64,000 nt of DNA from a virus, in the IMG/VR virus record IMGVR_UViG_3300012848_000031; one strand, given 5' to 3'. The notes below the pieces were generated by a model. The model was not told the DNA's origin, searched no databases, and saw only the letters and a program-made list of their open reading frames with translations. Below are positions 26,750-35,892 of the stretch, one piece after another; within the stretch, counting starts at the first letter, position 1, and every line of letters begins with the position of its first letter. A program made the position numbers and the translations under genes.

Positions 26750-28429
26750 ATGGCCAACCGTCCATCGCGGATCGTCATCCCTGTGTATCAACCGAGCTTC
26801 GATGGCCGGTACTGGGGGCGCTACCCCAACGGTGACAAGCCGGCGAGCGATCCGGACATTGCGGCATCGGCCGCCGCGGCGGCTGCGGCAGCTGCGGGAC
26901 TGACCACTGGCATCCGGCCGAGAGGAACAGCAAGCGCCGTGGCGAGTGCAGGCGCTGGTCTTTCGACGGCGATCCGCCTCGGGGCTGGCGCGCAGGGTCG
27001 TGTTGCTGCTGGTGCGACATTCGAGGCGAACGTCATCAACGCCTCAGCGCTTACCCCGGCAGCAGTGCAAGCCGCCATCAACACCGCCTCGAATGGCCAG
27101 ATCGTCCAACTACCCGCTGGCAATGCAACGTGGACCAGCGGCGTTACCGTGACCGGCAAGTACGTCCACATTCGAGGAGCCGGCGGCGGCCGCGTAGAGG
27201 GCACGAGCACCAGCAGCGTTGCGGTGAGCGGCAGCGGTAGCAAGTCATTCACGGTGCGCGCCGGATCGACGATCACGGGATTCCTGGTCGGCGAAGTCGT
27301 CAGGGCACGGCACAAGTACAACTCGGCCAACTGGATCGAGGGCACGGTGTCGTCGTGGAACGGGACGACGCTCGTGATGGTGGCGACCAGTTCGAACGGC
27401 AGCGGAACGCAGAACCGGTGGGTCTTCGAGATTTCGCCCCAGACCAATATCGTCCATAGCGCGGGCGGCGGTGTGCTGTTCACACTGAACGAGCACGCTG
27501 CAGGGCACGTAGAGCTGTCTGAGGTGCGCCTCCAGAACGGCTCTGGCAGCGGCTACGGGATTCTGGTCAACGGCAATGGATTGCCGGTAAAGGTCCACGA
27601 TCTTCGCCTCTCCGGAATACATCAGGGCTACCGGAACAACACGTGCCGCGGCATCTGCTGGCGCATCTACGCCGATGCCGGGTTCAACATCAGCGCCAAC
27701 CACACGAACAACAACAACGCCATCCAAGTGACTGGTGGCAGCTCGTCCTCGTGGACCAGCGCAAACTCCATGGGCACCCGGGACACGACCGGGCGCCAGA
27801 ACTTCTACATCGAAGACTCGTACTTCTGCGGGCTCGTGTTGGGATGCATCGATTTCGGCGACAACGTGCGCGGCGTGTTCCGCCACAACGTGCTCGACTG
27901 CAGCGCCCTGACGCTTCATGGTTCAGACACGGACGTCTGGGGGTGCCGCCATCTTGAGGTCTATGACTGCCTTCTTGTTGACGACGCGCTCCCAGAGCCC
28001 GGCCTCAGCGCGAACCTCAATTACTGGATGACGTGGCGCGGCGGCTCCGGCGTGATCACGGACAACCAGTGCGACAACATCACGTCGTGGGCTTGGGGAA
28101 ACAAGCCAGAGTTGACACTGGAAGTGCAGCAGATCCGGCGCAACGCGGGCCCCTTCGCGTGCTGGACGGGCGGTTATCCGGTGCCGCGTCAGACGGGCCA
28201 AGGCCACAACGGCACCAGCTCGATCGTTGAGGGCGTCTACTACTGGAACAACTCCGGCACCTTCATTGCTCAGGCGAGCCAGTACAACCCGGACGAGTGT
28301 GGCAACGGCCTCTCCATCGGCACGTACATCCAGGTCAACCGCGATCACTTCGCGCGCGCGCCGCAGTCCGGGGATGCGATCCATCCTTGGACAAAGTATC
28401 CCTATCCGCATCCGCTGAGGACTAACTAA
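26750..28429 (+). CDS. Right-handed beta-helix (pectin-lyase-like) protein, possible tailspike/depolymerase
   Basis: VQAAINTASNGQIVQLPAG...IRGAG start motif; N/D-rich beta-strand repeats. Confidence 0.6.
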   Translation: MANRPSRIVIPVYQPSFDGRYWGRYPNGDKPASDPDIAASAAAAAAAAAGLTTGIRPRGTASAVASAGAGLSTAIRLGAGAQGRVAAGATFEANVINASALTPAAVQAAINTASNGQIVQLPAGNATWTSGVTVTGKYVHIRGAGGGRVEGTSTSSVAVSGSGSKSFTVRAGSTITGFLVGEVVRARHKYNSANWIEGTVSSWNGTTLVMVATSSNGSGTQNRWVFEISPQTNIVHSAGGGVLFTLNEHAAGHVELSEVRLQNGSGSGYGILVNGNGLPVKVHDLRLSGIHQGYRNNTCRGICWRIYADAGFNISANHTNNNNAIQVTGGSSSSWTSANSMGTRDTTGRQNFYIEDSYFCGLVLGCIDFGDNVRGVFRHNVLDCSALTLHGSDTDVWGCRHLEVYDCLLVDDALPEPGLSANLNYWMTWRGGSGVITDNQCDNITSWAWGNKPELTLEVQQIRRNAGPFACWTGGYPVPRQTGQGHNGTSSIVEGVYYWNNSGTFIAQASQYNPDECGNGLSIGTYIQVNRDHFARAPQSGDAIHPWTKYPYPHPLRTN

Positions 28430-30736
28430 GTGGCTGTCGGTTTTCCCTCGTCAACGTCCGCGACCTCGACGGACGCGGCCGGCGGTGGGTCAGTCAGCGT
28501 CGACGTCAATCCGCCACCCGGCCTCGCGCCCGGTGAGGCGTGGGGGATAGTTGCGATACTCGATACAGATGGCGGCACGATAGCAACGCCATCCGACTTC
28601 GAGCCTGCGCACGCGCAAATCAACGGGAATCCCGGATACCCGGCCCTCCGGACGTTCGTGAAGGCCGCTGGCGATGATGAGTCGGCCGTCACTGTGTCCG
28701 CGAGCGGCGGCCAGAACTACGTTCTGTGGTGCGCATCGATCCGCATTTCTGGCGCGGATGTGGATACCCCGATCGGAAACGTCTCTACGCCCTCAGTGCC
28801 GTCGGGTACTGGGGTGACGATCGAGGCGCCAGGTATCACGGTTCAGAAAGCAGGATCCGCAGCGCTCATGATTGTGGCGGCCTCGCCGACCGAAGGCGTC
28901 CTGTCGATTGCGCAGCCGGGCACTTCGACGCTCTTGCAAGCGCGCCATACGCCCAACGAGTATCCCTCGGGCGCCGTCGCATACGAGCTGCGAAACGCCG
29001 GTGCCTACACCCCTGGCACCTGGTCGCTCCATACCTCGAACGAGAGCGAGGGCCGTGTGGCCATCACGCTCGAGATCTCGCCGGCGGCGGGCGCTCCTGC
29101 CGAACTCGCAGGTGCCGCACAGGCGGTCGCCGCTGCATCGGGCACCCTCACCACACAGATCCGCGCTGCCGCTGCAGCCGCTGACGTCGCGAGTGCGACG
29201 GCCGCGATGACCACGAGCATTCGTCTCTCGGCCGCAGCCACCAACACTGCGGCCGCGACGGCGATCTTCGCCGCTGGGGCGGTCATGAACGCGGCCGCGC
29301 TCGACGTCGCGACGGCGACGGCAGCGCTCAGCACAGCGATTCGCGCGCAAGGCCATGCCGTTGACACCGCGATTGCAAGTGGCACGCTCACGAACTGGGC
29401 GACGGTCACTTTGGCCGGGGATCTCTACACAGGTCCGGGCGGCGCGTTGGCTCCCGACTTCTGGCTCGACTCCGCACCCGGGCCCGGCACCACGCTCTAC
29501 TACGACGCCCAGCACATCCAGATCTACCCGTCTGGGGAAATCAGCTCCGACACGAACGATTGTGTCGCCGTCGTGCAGTTCTTCGACGGGACGAGCTGGG
29601 CACTCGGCGTCATCGTTCTCACACCGCACCTGGCCGCTGCGGCAGAGGGCAGTGCCGCGGCCGCGGGACAGCTCACCACTGCTGTGCAGCTCGCCGCGGC
29701 GGCGTCAGCCCTCGCCACAACAACCGCTGCGTTCTCCACCGGCGCAGGACTGTCGGCGGACGCGACGGGTCAGGCCACTGCGGCAGGTGACCTCGCGACG
29801 CAGATCCCGTTGAGCGCCCTGGCGCAAGCCGTGTCTGCCGCCGCCGGGAACCTGAGCACGCAGATACAACTCGCCGCCGCAGCGACCGGGCGAGCAAGCG
29901 CTGATGGGAACCTCAATGGAGTGATCGCGCTGAACGCGGCGGCTGAAGCACTTGCCGCGTCACTTGCCGCACTGACCACCGGTGTGCCGCTCGGGGCCGC
30001 GGCACAAGGCTCGGCCGGTGCCACCGGCTCACTCACTACTGCGGTTCGCTTGTCGGGTGTTGCGGGAGCCGCGGTAAGCGCAATCGCGTCGTTGTCCACC
30101 CAGATCTCACTGGGCGGTGCTGCACAGAGCGCCGTGTCGTCGACCGGAGATCTCACGACCGCACGCCTACTGGTCGCCGCCGCGATCGATGCCGCGACCG
30201 CTACTGCGATCCTGGCCACCGGGATCTCGCTTCGGGCGAACGCGCTGGGCGTGTCGAGCGCCAGTGTCGAGCTCAGTACGGCCTCCGCGGCAATGGCGGA
30301 CGCCGCCGCCCAGACAACCGTCACCGCGCTACTGAGCGATGTCATCGAGTCCCCGCCCATCGGCGCGTATGTCCTCGATCCGGCCTATGTCGTCTCCAGG
30401 GCAGCTGCCGGCTTCGGTACGCGCAAGACGGCGCGCTTCAGGCCAAAGTTCCCGGATCAGGTCGCGGTGCTGACATTCGACGTGTCCGATCAACTCGCTC
30501 CCGATGAAAAACTGCAGGGCAAAGTCACCCTGCAGATCGCGTGCATCGCCGGCATGGACGCCGCCGCCACGAGTCTCTTTCGCGGCGTGCCCTCGTACGA
30601 CCCGACGTACAGGCGAATCCTGCAGCCCGTGCGCGGCGGCATCGACGCGTCGACTTACTACATCAAGGTTTCCGCGGCGACCACGAACCCCGAGAGGGAC
30701 GTGGCGCTCGCCGCGCTGCTGCCGGTGAAAGCATGA
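28430..30736 (+). CDS. Multidomain putative virion protein: N-terminal ~220-aa domain, 20-aa Ala-rich repeats, C-terminal domain
   Basis: See findings; C-terminal LTFDVSDQL...G...Y.IKV..ATT. Confidence 0.75.
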   Translation: MAVGFPSSTSATSTDAAGGGSVSVDVNPPPGLAPGEAWGIVAILDTDGGTIATPSDFEPAHAQINGNPGYPALRTFVKAAGDDESAVTVSASGGQNYVLWCASIRISGADVDTPIGNVSTPSVPSGTGVTIEAPGITVQKAGSAALMIVAASPTEGVLSIAQPGTSTLLQARHTPNEYPSGAVAYELRNAGAYTPGTWSLHTSNESEGRVAITLEISPAAGAPAELAGAAQAVAAASGTLTTQIRAAAAAADVASATAAMTTSIRLSAAATNTAAATAIFAAGAVMNAAALDVATATAALSTAIRAQGHAVDTAIASGTLTNWATVTLAGDLYTGPGGALAPDFWLDSAPGPGTTLYYDAQHIQIYPSGEISSDTNDCVAVVQFFDGTSWALGVIVLTPHLAAAAEGSAAAAGQLTTAVQLAAAASALATTTAAFSTGAGLSADATGQATAAGDLATQIPLSALAQAVSAAAGNLSTQIQLAAAATGRASADGNLNGVIALNAAAEALAASLAALTTGVPLGAAAQGSAGATGSLTTAVRLSGVAGAAVSAIASLSTQISLGGAAQSAVSSTGDLTTARLLVAAAIDAATATAILATGISLRANALGVSSASVELSTASAAMADAAAQTTVTALLSDVIESPPIGAYVLDPAYVVSRAAAGFGTRKTARFRPKFPDQVAVLTFDVSDQLAPDEKLQGKVTLQIACIAGMDAAATSLFRGVPSYDPTYRRILQPVRGGIDASTYYIKVSAATTNPERDVALAALLPVKA

Positions 30737-31980
30737 GAATCCAAACGTTCGACAAGCCGTCCGCGTTCTGGGCGCCGCAGGCGCTGGGAAAATCACGGCG
30801 AATGACCCCGGAAGGCTTCCTGCTCTGTGAGGGCGTGCCGGTCGCGCGTACCGGCGTGCAACTCTACAGCGCGAAGGAACTCGGCCTGCCGGGCGACCCC
30901 ATGCGCGTGATTCGCATCGAGCGCACGGCCGATGAAGTGTTCAAGCCGGAGTCGCTCGCGAGCTACAACGGCAAGCCGTTCACCCTCCACCATCCTGGTG
31001 AGTTCGTGACAGCGGAGAACTGGCACCAGCTCGCCAAGGGCACCGCGCACAACGCCAGGCGCGGCGAGGGCCTCGAGAGCGATTGCGTGGTCGCGGATCT
31101 GCTCATCACCGAGGCGCACGCGATCAAGTACGTCAACGACGAGCTGCCCCAGGTCTCGGCGGGGTACGAGGCCGAGTACGACATGCTCGATGATTCGCAC
31201 GGCATCCAGCGCAACATCATCGTCAACCACATTGCAGGGGTGAAGCACGGCCGCGCCGGTTCCCGCTGCGCTATCAAAGACGGAGAGCCCGACATGAAAG
31301 ACAAGCCCCTGCTGACGCGCATCCTCACGACCTTTGGGGTGAAGGATCCCGAGGCTGCTGCTGAGGTGATCGCGAACGCGAGCGGCCCAGGCCCTCAGCA
31401 GACGACCGATGCGGCCGCAGGCAGTGCGATCGTGACGACGCTGCAAACCGACGTCGCGACGCTGAAGACGGACCTCGCCGAGATCAAGAAGCTCCTGACG
31501 AAAGACGCGAAGACCCCGGAGCAAGTTGCGGCGGAGGCGGCCGCCGCCGCAGCTGCCACGAAGAGGTTCACCGACGCGGATGCCACGACGGCGATCTCGC
31601 GCGCGGAGATCCTCGCACCTGGCATCACGATCCCGACGAAGGATTCGCTGCACACCGAAGACGGGATGAAGGCCTTCATGGTGTCGGCGATCGAGCGCGC
31701 GGACGCGTCCGACGCCGGCAAGGCGCACCTCGCGCCGTTCGGTGGGGCGCAGGCCGTGAAGGCGCTCACTCTGGATGCGCTGTCCGGTGTGTTCATCGGG
31801 GCCGCGGAGCTCGCTCGCCTGAAGAACTCGAGCACCGCGAGCACACCGAACCCCTTCACCATGGCAAACAACGTTTTCGTCTCCGCGACGAAGGACGGCA
31901 AGCCCCGGACGATGGCTGATCAGCTGCGCGATCAGCAGAAGGCGAACGACGACTTCTGGTCGAAGCAGCGCGCCTCCTGA
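30733..31980 (+). CDS. DUF2213 capsid maturation/scaffold-like protein
   Basis: TPEGFLLCEGVPVARTG.Q.Y, DEVF..ESLASY.GKP.T..HP, NH.A.V..GRAG..C.I.D. Confidence 0.85.
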   Translation: MRIQTFDKPSAFWAPQALGKSRRMTPEGFLLCEGVPVARTGVQLYSAKELGLPGDPMRVIRIERTADEVFKPESLASYNGKPFTLHHPGEFVTAENWHQLAKGTAHNARRGEGLESDCVVADLLITEAHAIKYVNDELPQVSAGYEAEYDMLDDSHGIQRNIIVNHIAGVKHGRAGSRCAIKDGEPDMKDKPLLTRILTTFGVKDPEAAAEVIANASGPGPQQTTDAAAGSAIVTTLQTDVATLKTDLAEIKKLLTKDAKTPEQVAAEAAAAAAATKRFTDADATTAISRAEILAPGITIPTKDSLHTEDGMKAFMVSAIERADASDAGKAHLAPFGGAQAVKALTLDALSGVFIGAAELARLKNSSTASTPNPFTMANNVFVSATKDGKPRTMADQLRDQQKANDDFWSKQRAS

Positions 31981-32021
31981 TCCACCCCTCACCCGATCCA
32001 CTTCACACAGGAACCTGAAAC

Positions 32022-32510
32022 ATGAATCCGATCCTCTATCGGATGCCCTACGGCATCCCGGGTGACGTGACCCGGCGCGAGCACTCGACGATCGAGAGCC
32101 AGCTCTTCGGTGCAACCGCGTTCTCCGCGTACGGTCTGCCGGCGAAGTTCTCCTCCGGAAAGATCGTGCCTATGGGCGCTGGCGATGCGGGCACTGACCT
32201 GCGCGGCTTCTTGGTTCGGCCGTACCCCATCACGGGCGCGAACGCATCGGATCCGCTCGGAACGTCGGTGCCACCGACTGCAGGCGCCGCGGACCTCATG
32301 AAGCGCGGCTACATGACCGTGAAGTGCAATGTCGGGACCCCGGCCCTCGACGGCACGGTCTACATGCGCATCACGGCGAACGGTGGCAACACCATCATTG
32401 GCGGCATCGAAGCCACGGCGGACGGCGCCAACACCATCACGCTGCCGACCACCAAGTTCGCCGGCCCGGCCGACGCGAACGGCAACGTCGAGATCGCCTT
32501 CAACATCTGA
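32022..32510 (+). CDS. Capsid decoration/cement protein
   Basis: Between DUF2213 and capsid; MP.GIPGDVTR, MKRGYMTV. Confidence 0.7.
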   Translation: MNPILYRMPYGIPGDVTRREHSTIESQLFGATAFSAYGLPAKFSSGKIVPMGAGDAGTDLRGFLVRPYPITGANASDPLGTSVPPTAGAADLMKRGYMTVKCNVGTPALDGTVYMRITANGGNTIIGGIEATADGANTITLPTTKFAGPADANGNVEIAFNI

Positions 32511-32540
32511 CGCCGCAAGGCTTCTTCCCTCTCTCCCTCG

Positions 32541-32568
32541 AATCCGCCCGCTGAGGCGGATTTTTTTT
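32541..32568 (+). terminator. Intrinsic terminator before major capsid gene
   Basis: AATCCGCC-cgctga-GGCGGATT plus T tract, then GGAG RBS. Confidence 0.75.
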
Positions 32569-32579
32569 GGAGCTGCACA

Positions 32580-33635
32580 ATGGAAAATCCGAAGTCCCTG
32601 ACTCCGGCGCGCAAGTTCGTGCGCCGGCGTATCCGCTTCACCGACCACGCGATGATGACGTTCGATCGCGCCTTCATCGATTCCTCCGGCGTCTTTCTGA
32701 TCGGCGAGCTCGAGCGGCTCGATCAGCGCCTCAACATGCCACTGGCTGCCTACACCTGGTCGCGGGATGTCCCGCTGCGCACCGACGTGAGCATGGGCGA
32801 TGAGTCCGCCTCGTTCACGAACTCCACCTTCGCCGCGCCGCCCGGCGTCGCTGGATCAGGCAAGGCGTGGATCAGCAAGGATGCAACGGCGATCAGCGGT
32901 ATCTCGCTCGATATCGGCAAGACGGCCCAGCCGGTGCCCCTGTGGGGCATGCAGCTCGGCTGGACCCTGCCGGAACTCGCCTCGGCCGCCCAACTCGGCC
33001 GCCCGGTCGACTCGCAGAAGTACGAGGGCATGTTGCTCAAGTACAATATGGACGTGGATGAGCAGGCCTATATCGGTGACACCGCCTTCGGCACGAAGGG
33101 TCTGCTCAATCACGCGGCGGTGACGAACAACACGAACGTCGCCGGCACCACGTGGCCCGGCCTCATCACGGCGAACGCGGTGACCGCGCCGGACTTGATC
33201 CTCGCCGACATCAACGAGCTGCTCACGAGCGTGTACGCGGCGAGCGCCTTCACCACGCCGCCCAGCCGCCTGCTGCTGCCGCCGCTCAAGTACACACTGC
33301 TCGCCAGCACGAAGGTGAGCAGCGCCGGCAACATGAGCATCCTCGAGTACGTGCGGACGAACAACGCTTCGCGCGCGCTTGGTGTGCCGCTCGACATCCA
33401 GCCGGCGAAGTACTGCATCGGCACCACGAACGGCGGAGTGGGCCCGGGCGCCGCGGGCAAGGATCGCATGTGCGCCTACACCCCAGCCGAGCGCTTCGTG
33501 CGCCTGCCGCTCGTGCCGCTGCAGCGCACCCCGCTCGAGTATCGCGGCATCCATCAGCTGACGACCTACTACGGTCGTCTCGGCTCGATCGAGACGCCGT
33601 ATCCGGAGACGATCGGCTACCGCGACGGCGTGTGA
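32580..33635 (+). CDS. Major capsid protein (DUF2184 family)
   Basis: ELERLD, TWSRD.PLR, EL..A.QLGRP.D.QK, YIGD....GL.N. Confidence 0.85.
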   Translation: MENPKSLTPARKFVRRRIRFTDHAMMTFDRAFIDSSGVFLIGELERLDQRLNMPLAAYTWSRDVPLRTDVSMGDESASFTNSTFAAPPGVAGSGKAWISKDATAISGISLDIGKTAQPVPLWGMQLGWTLPELASAAQLGRPVDSQKYEGMLLKYNMDVDEQAYIGDTAFGTKGLLNHAAVTNNTNVAGTTWPGLITANAVTAPDLILADINELLTSVYAASAFTTPPSRLLLPPLKYTLLASTKVSSAGNMSILEYVRTNNASRALGVPLDIQPAKYCIGTTNGGVGPGAAGKDRMCAYTPAERFVRLPLVPLQRTPLEYRGIHQLTTYYGRLGSIETPYPETIGYRDGV

Positions 33636-33664
33636 CGGCACGAGGCACCGAGGAAACACGAGAC

Positions 33665-33937
33665 ATGAAAACCATCACCGTCACACAGGCCTTCACCCTG
33701 CAGCTCGCCAGTGGCACGAAAGTGCCGTTTGCTGCCGGCACCCAGGAGGTCGAGGACGCGATCGCCGCGCACTGGTACGTCCAGGCGCACTCAACGCCTG
33801 CGACAGCGCAGAAGCAGGCGCAGGGCGATGCGGAGGCCGAGCGCCTTGCCGCCGAGAAGGCCGCCGCGGAGAAGGCGGAAGCCGAGCGCCTTGCCGCCAA
33901 GGAGGCGGCAGCGACCAGCGGCAAGAAGGCGAAGTAG
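33665..33937 (+). CDS. Small head-associated protein
   Basis: F.AG.QEVED.IA.HWYVQAH; EAERLAA repeats. Confidence 0.7.
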   Translation: MKTITVTQAFTLQLASGTKVPFAAGTQEVEDAIAAHWYVQAHSTPATAQKQAQGDAEAERLAAEKAAAEKAEAERLAAKEAAATSGKKAK

Positions 33938-33949
33938 AATCGCCCGGCC

Positions 33950-34333
33950 ATGGACATCCCAGCCTTCCGTCAGGCCTTCCCAGAGTTCATCGATCCGGAG
34001 GCCTATCCGGATTTCGCGATGAACTTCTGGGCTGACGTCGCCGCACGCTCACTGCGGCCGGATCGCTGGGACGACCTGCTCACGCATGGCACGCAGCTAT
34101 TCGTCGCGCATCACCTGGTACTGGGTAAGCGCAACGAGATCACGGCGGACGCCGGCGGAGTGCCGGGCGAAGTGAAGGGTATCGTCGCCTCCAAGACCGT
34201 CGACAAGGCCTCGGCCAGCTACGACACCAAAGCCGTCACGTCGGAGAACGCGGCCTTCTGGAACCAGACGACCTACGGCCAGGCGTTCTGGCGGCTTGTG
34301 CGCATGGCCGGGGCGGGGCCGATCCAGCTATGA
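33950..34333 (+). CDS. Head-tail adaptor (DUF4054-like)
   Basis: FR..FPEF.D...YPD, LF.AH.L, W..T.YG..F. Confidence 0.8.
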   Translation: MDIPAFRQAFPEFIDPEAYPDFAMNFWADVAARSLRPDRWDDLLTHGTQLFVAHHLVLGKRNEITADAGGVPGEVKGIVASKTVDKASASYDTKAVTSENAAFWNQTTYGQAFWRLVRMAGAGPIQL

Positions 34334-34905
34334 GCAATATCCGGATCACGGTCACGAAGGACACGGTCTCCCAGGTCGTGGCCTCGATCAACGATCTCGT
34401 GCGCAAGCAGGTGCTCATCGGCATCCCGGACAGCACGACGAGCCGCGAGCAGGAAGTCGCCGGCGAAATGACGAACGCGACCCTCGGCTACATCCACGAG
34501 CACGGCAGCCCAGCCGCGAACATTCCGGCGCGGCCCTTCCTGGTGCCAGGCGTGCAGAAGGTCGAGGACAAGGCCGTCGAGAGCCTCAAGAAGGCGGCGC
34601 AGGCGACGCTGCGCGGCGATACCCGGAAGGCGGATCAGCATCTGCAGACCGCCGGCATCATCGGCATGGGCGGCGCGAAGGGCGAGATCTCGTGGGGAGA
34701 CTTCGAGCCACTGAAGCCTTCGACGGTCCGCGATCGCCGCAAGAGCCGCGGCACGCAGTCCATGCGTGATTCCGAGCGCATCTATCTGTCGATGATCGAG
34801 CGCGGCGTATCGCCGGAAGAGGCGCAGTCGGTGGCGGGGATCCGCCCGCTCATCAATACCGGGCAGCTGCGTAATGCGCTGACCTACGTCGTTCGCAAGA
34901 AGTAG
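34330..34905 (+). CDS. Neck/virion morphogenesis protein
   Basis: VLIGIP, HE.GSP..NIPARPFL, PLINTGQLRN. Confidence 0.75.
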   Translation: MSNIRITVTKDTVSQVVASINDLVRKQVLIGIPDSTTSREQEVAGEMTNATLGYIHEHGSPAANIPARPFLVPGVQKVEDKAVESLKKAAQATLRGDTRKADQHLQTAGIIGMGGAKGEISWGDFEPLKPSTVRDRRKSRGTQSMRDSERIYLSMIERGVSPEEAQSVAGIRPLINTGQLRNALTYVVRKK

Positions 34906-35274
34906 ATGGCTCTCCTCGACGTCTCCGAAGTCCTGCTCGATCCGGACTTCGCGGACCCGCTCGTTTGTGAGCGCGCCCTGCAGACAATCGGCAATGACGG
35001 CATCGCGGTCAACATTCCGCAGGAGATCCCGATCGTCGGCGTGGTCACAACCGCAGACGGCGCTCTACTGGATCGCGCGGCCGCTGGCGAGCGCATCCTC
35101 GAAACGATCATCGTCCACACGATCTTCCGGCTCATCGCCGGCGAACCGGGCATCACGGCCGACGTGATCCTGTGGGCGGGCCGCCGCTACACGGTATCAG
35201 CCGTTGGCAGGAACTCTCACTTCGGCCGCGGCTTCACCGCCGCGCGATGCGACCTCATCCCGCTCTCAGGCTGA
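34906..35274 (+). CDS. Head closure protein
   Basis: Synteny; D.I.W.GR.Y.V. Confidence 0.65.
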   Translation: MALLDVSEVLLDPDFADPLVCERALQTIGNDGIAVNIPQEIPIVGVVTTADGALLDRAAAGERILETIIVHTIFRLIAGEPGITADVILWAGRRYTVSAVGRNSHFGRGFTAARCDLIPLSG

Positions 35275-35277
35275 TCC

Positions 35278-35877
35278 ATGGCAGAAGTCGACTCCTCCAC
35301 CGGCGGGATCCTGGCGCCGGCGGGGTCGCCTGCGCCTGAAGAAGACGCCGAGCTCGTCGCGATCTTCCAGCAGCTGTTCGCCCAGATCGTTGGGATCACT
35401 GGGATGCTCGTGCGGCCGCGCTGGCAGGCGATCCCGCCGAAGCAGCCCGAGGCCTCGGTCACATGGTGCGCACTCGGCGTTACGGTTAGCGGGATCGACG
35501 GTGGCCCCATGCTCGAGCACATCAGCGCCGGCGAAGGCGCCACGCGCTACGTCACCCATGAGCAGATCGACGTGGCGACGACCTTCTACGGCCCGCTCGC
35601 CCGGGCGGCCGCCGCGCGGCTGCGCGATGGTCTGGCGATCCGGCAGAACATCGAGCCGCTCACGGCCAAGGCGATGGCGTTCATCGATACCGGCGTCATC
35701 CGCATCGTGCCAGAGATCGTCAACCAGACCTGGATCCATCGCTACGACATGCTCGCGCGCTTCCGCCGCAAGGTGACGCGCGTGTATCCGGTGAGGAACG
35801 TCCTCGCCGCCGACATTCATCTGTTCGACGACAGCACGCACGTCGAGGAGACCATCCATGTGCCCCCGCACCCTTAA
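35278..35877 (+). CDS. Tail terminator/neck protein
   Basis: Synteny before sheath; VRPRWQ..PP..P. Confidence 0.65.
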   Translation: MAEVDSSTGGILAPAGSPAPEEDAELVAIFQQLFAQIVGITGMLVRPRWQAIPPKQPEASVTWCALGVTVSGIDGGPMLEHISAGEGATRYVTHEQIDVATTFYGPLARAAAARLRDGLAIRQNIEPLTAKAMAFIDTGVIRIVPEIVNQTWIHRYDMLARFRRKVTRVYPVRNVLAADIHLFDDSTHVEETIHVPPHP

Positions 35878-35892
35878 TCGGAGCGTCATTCC

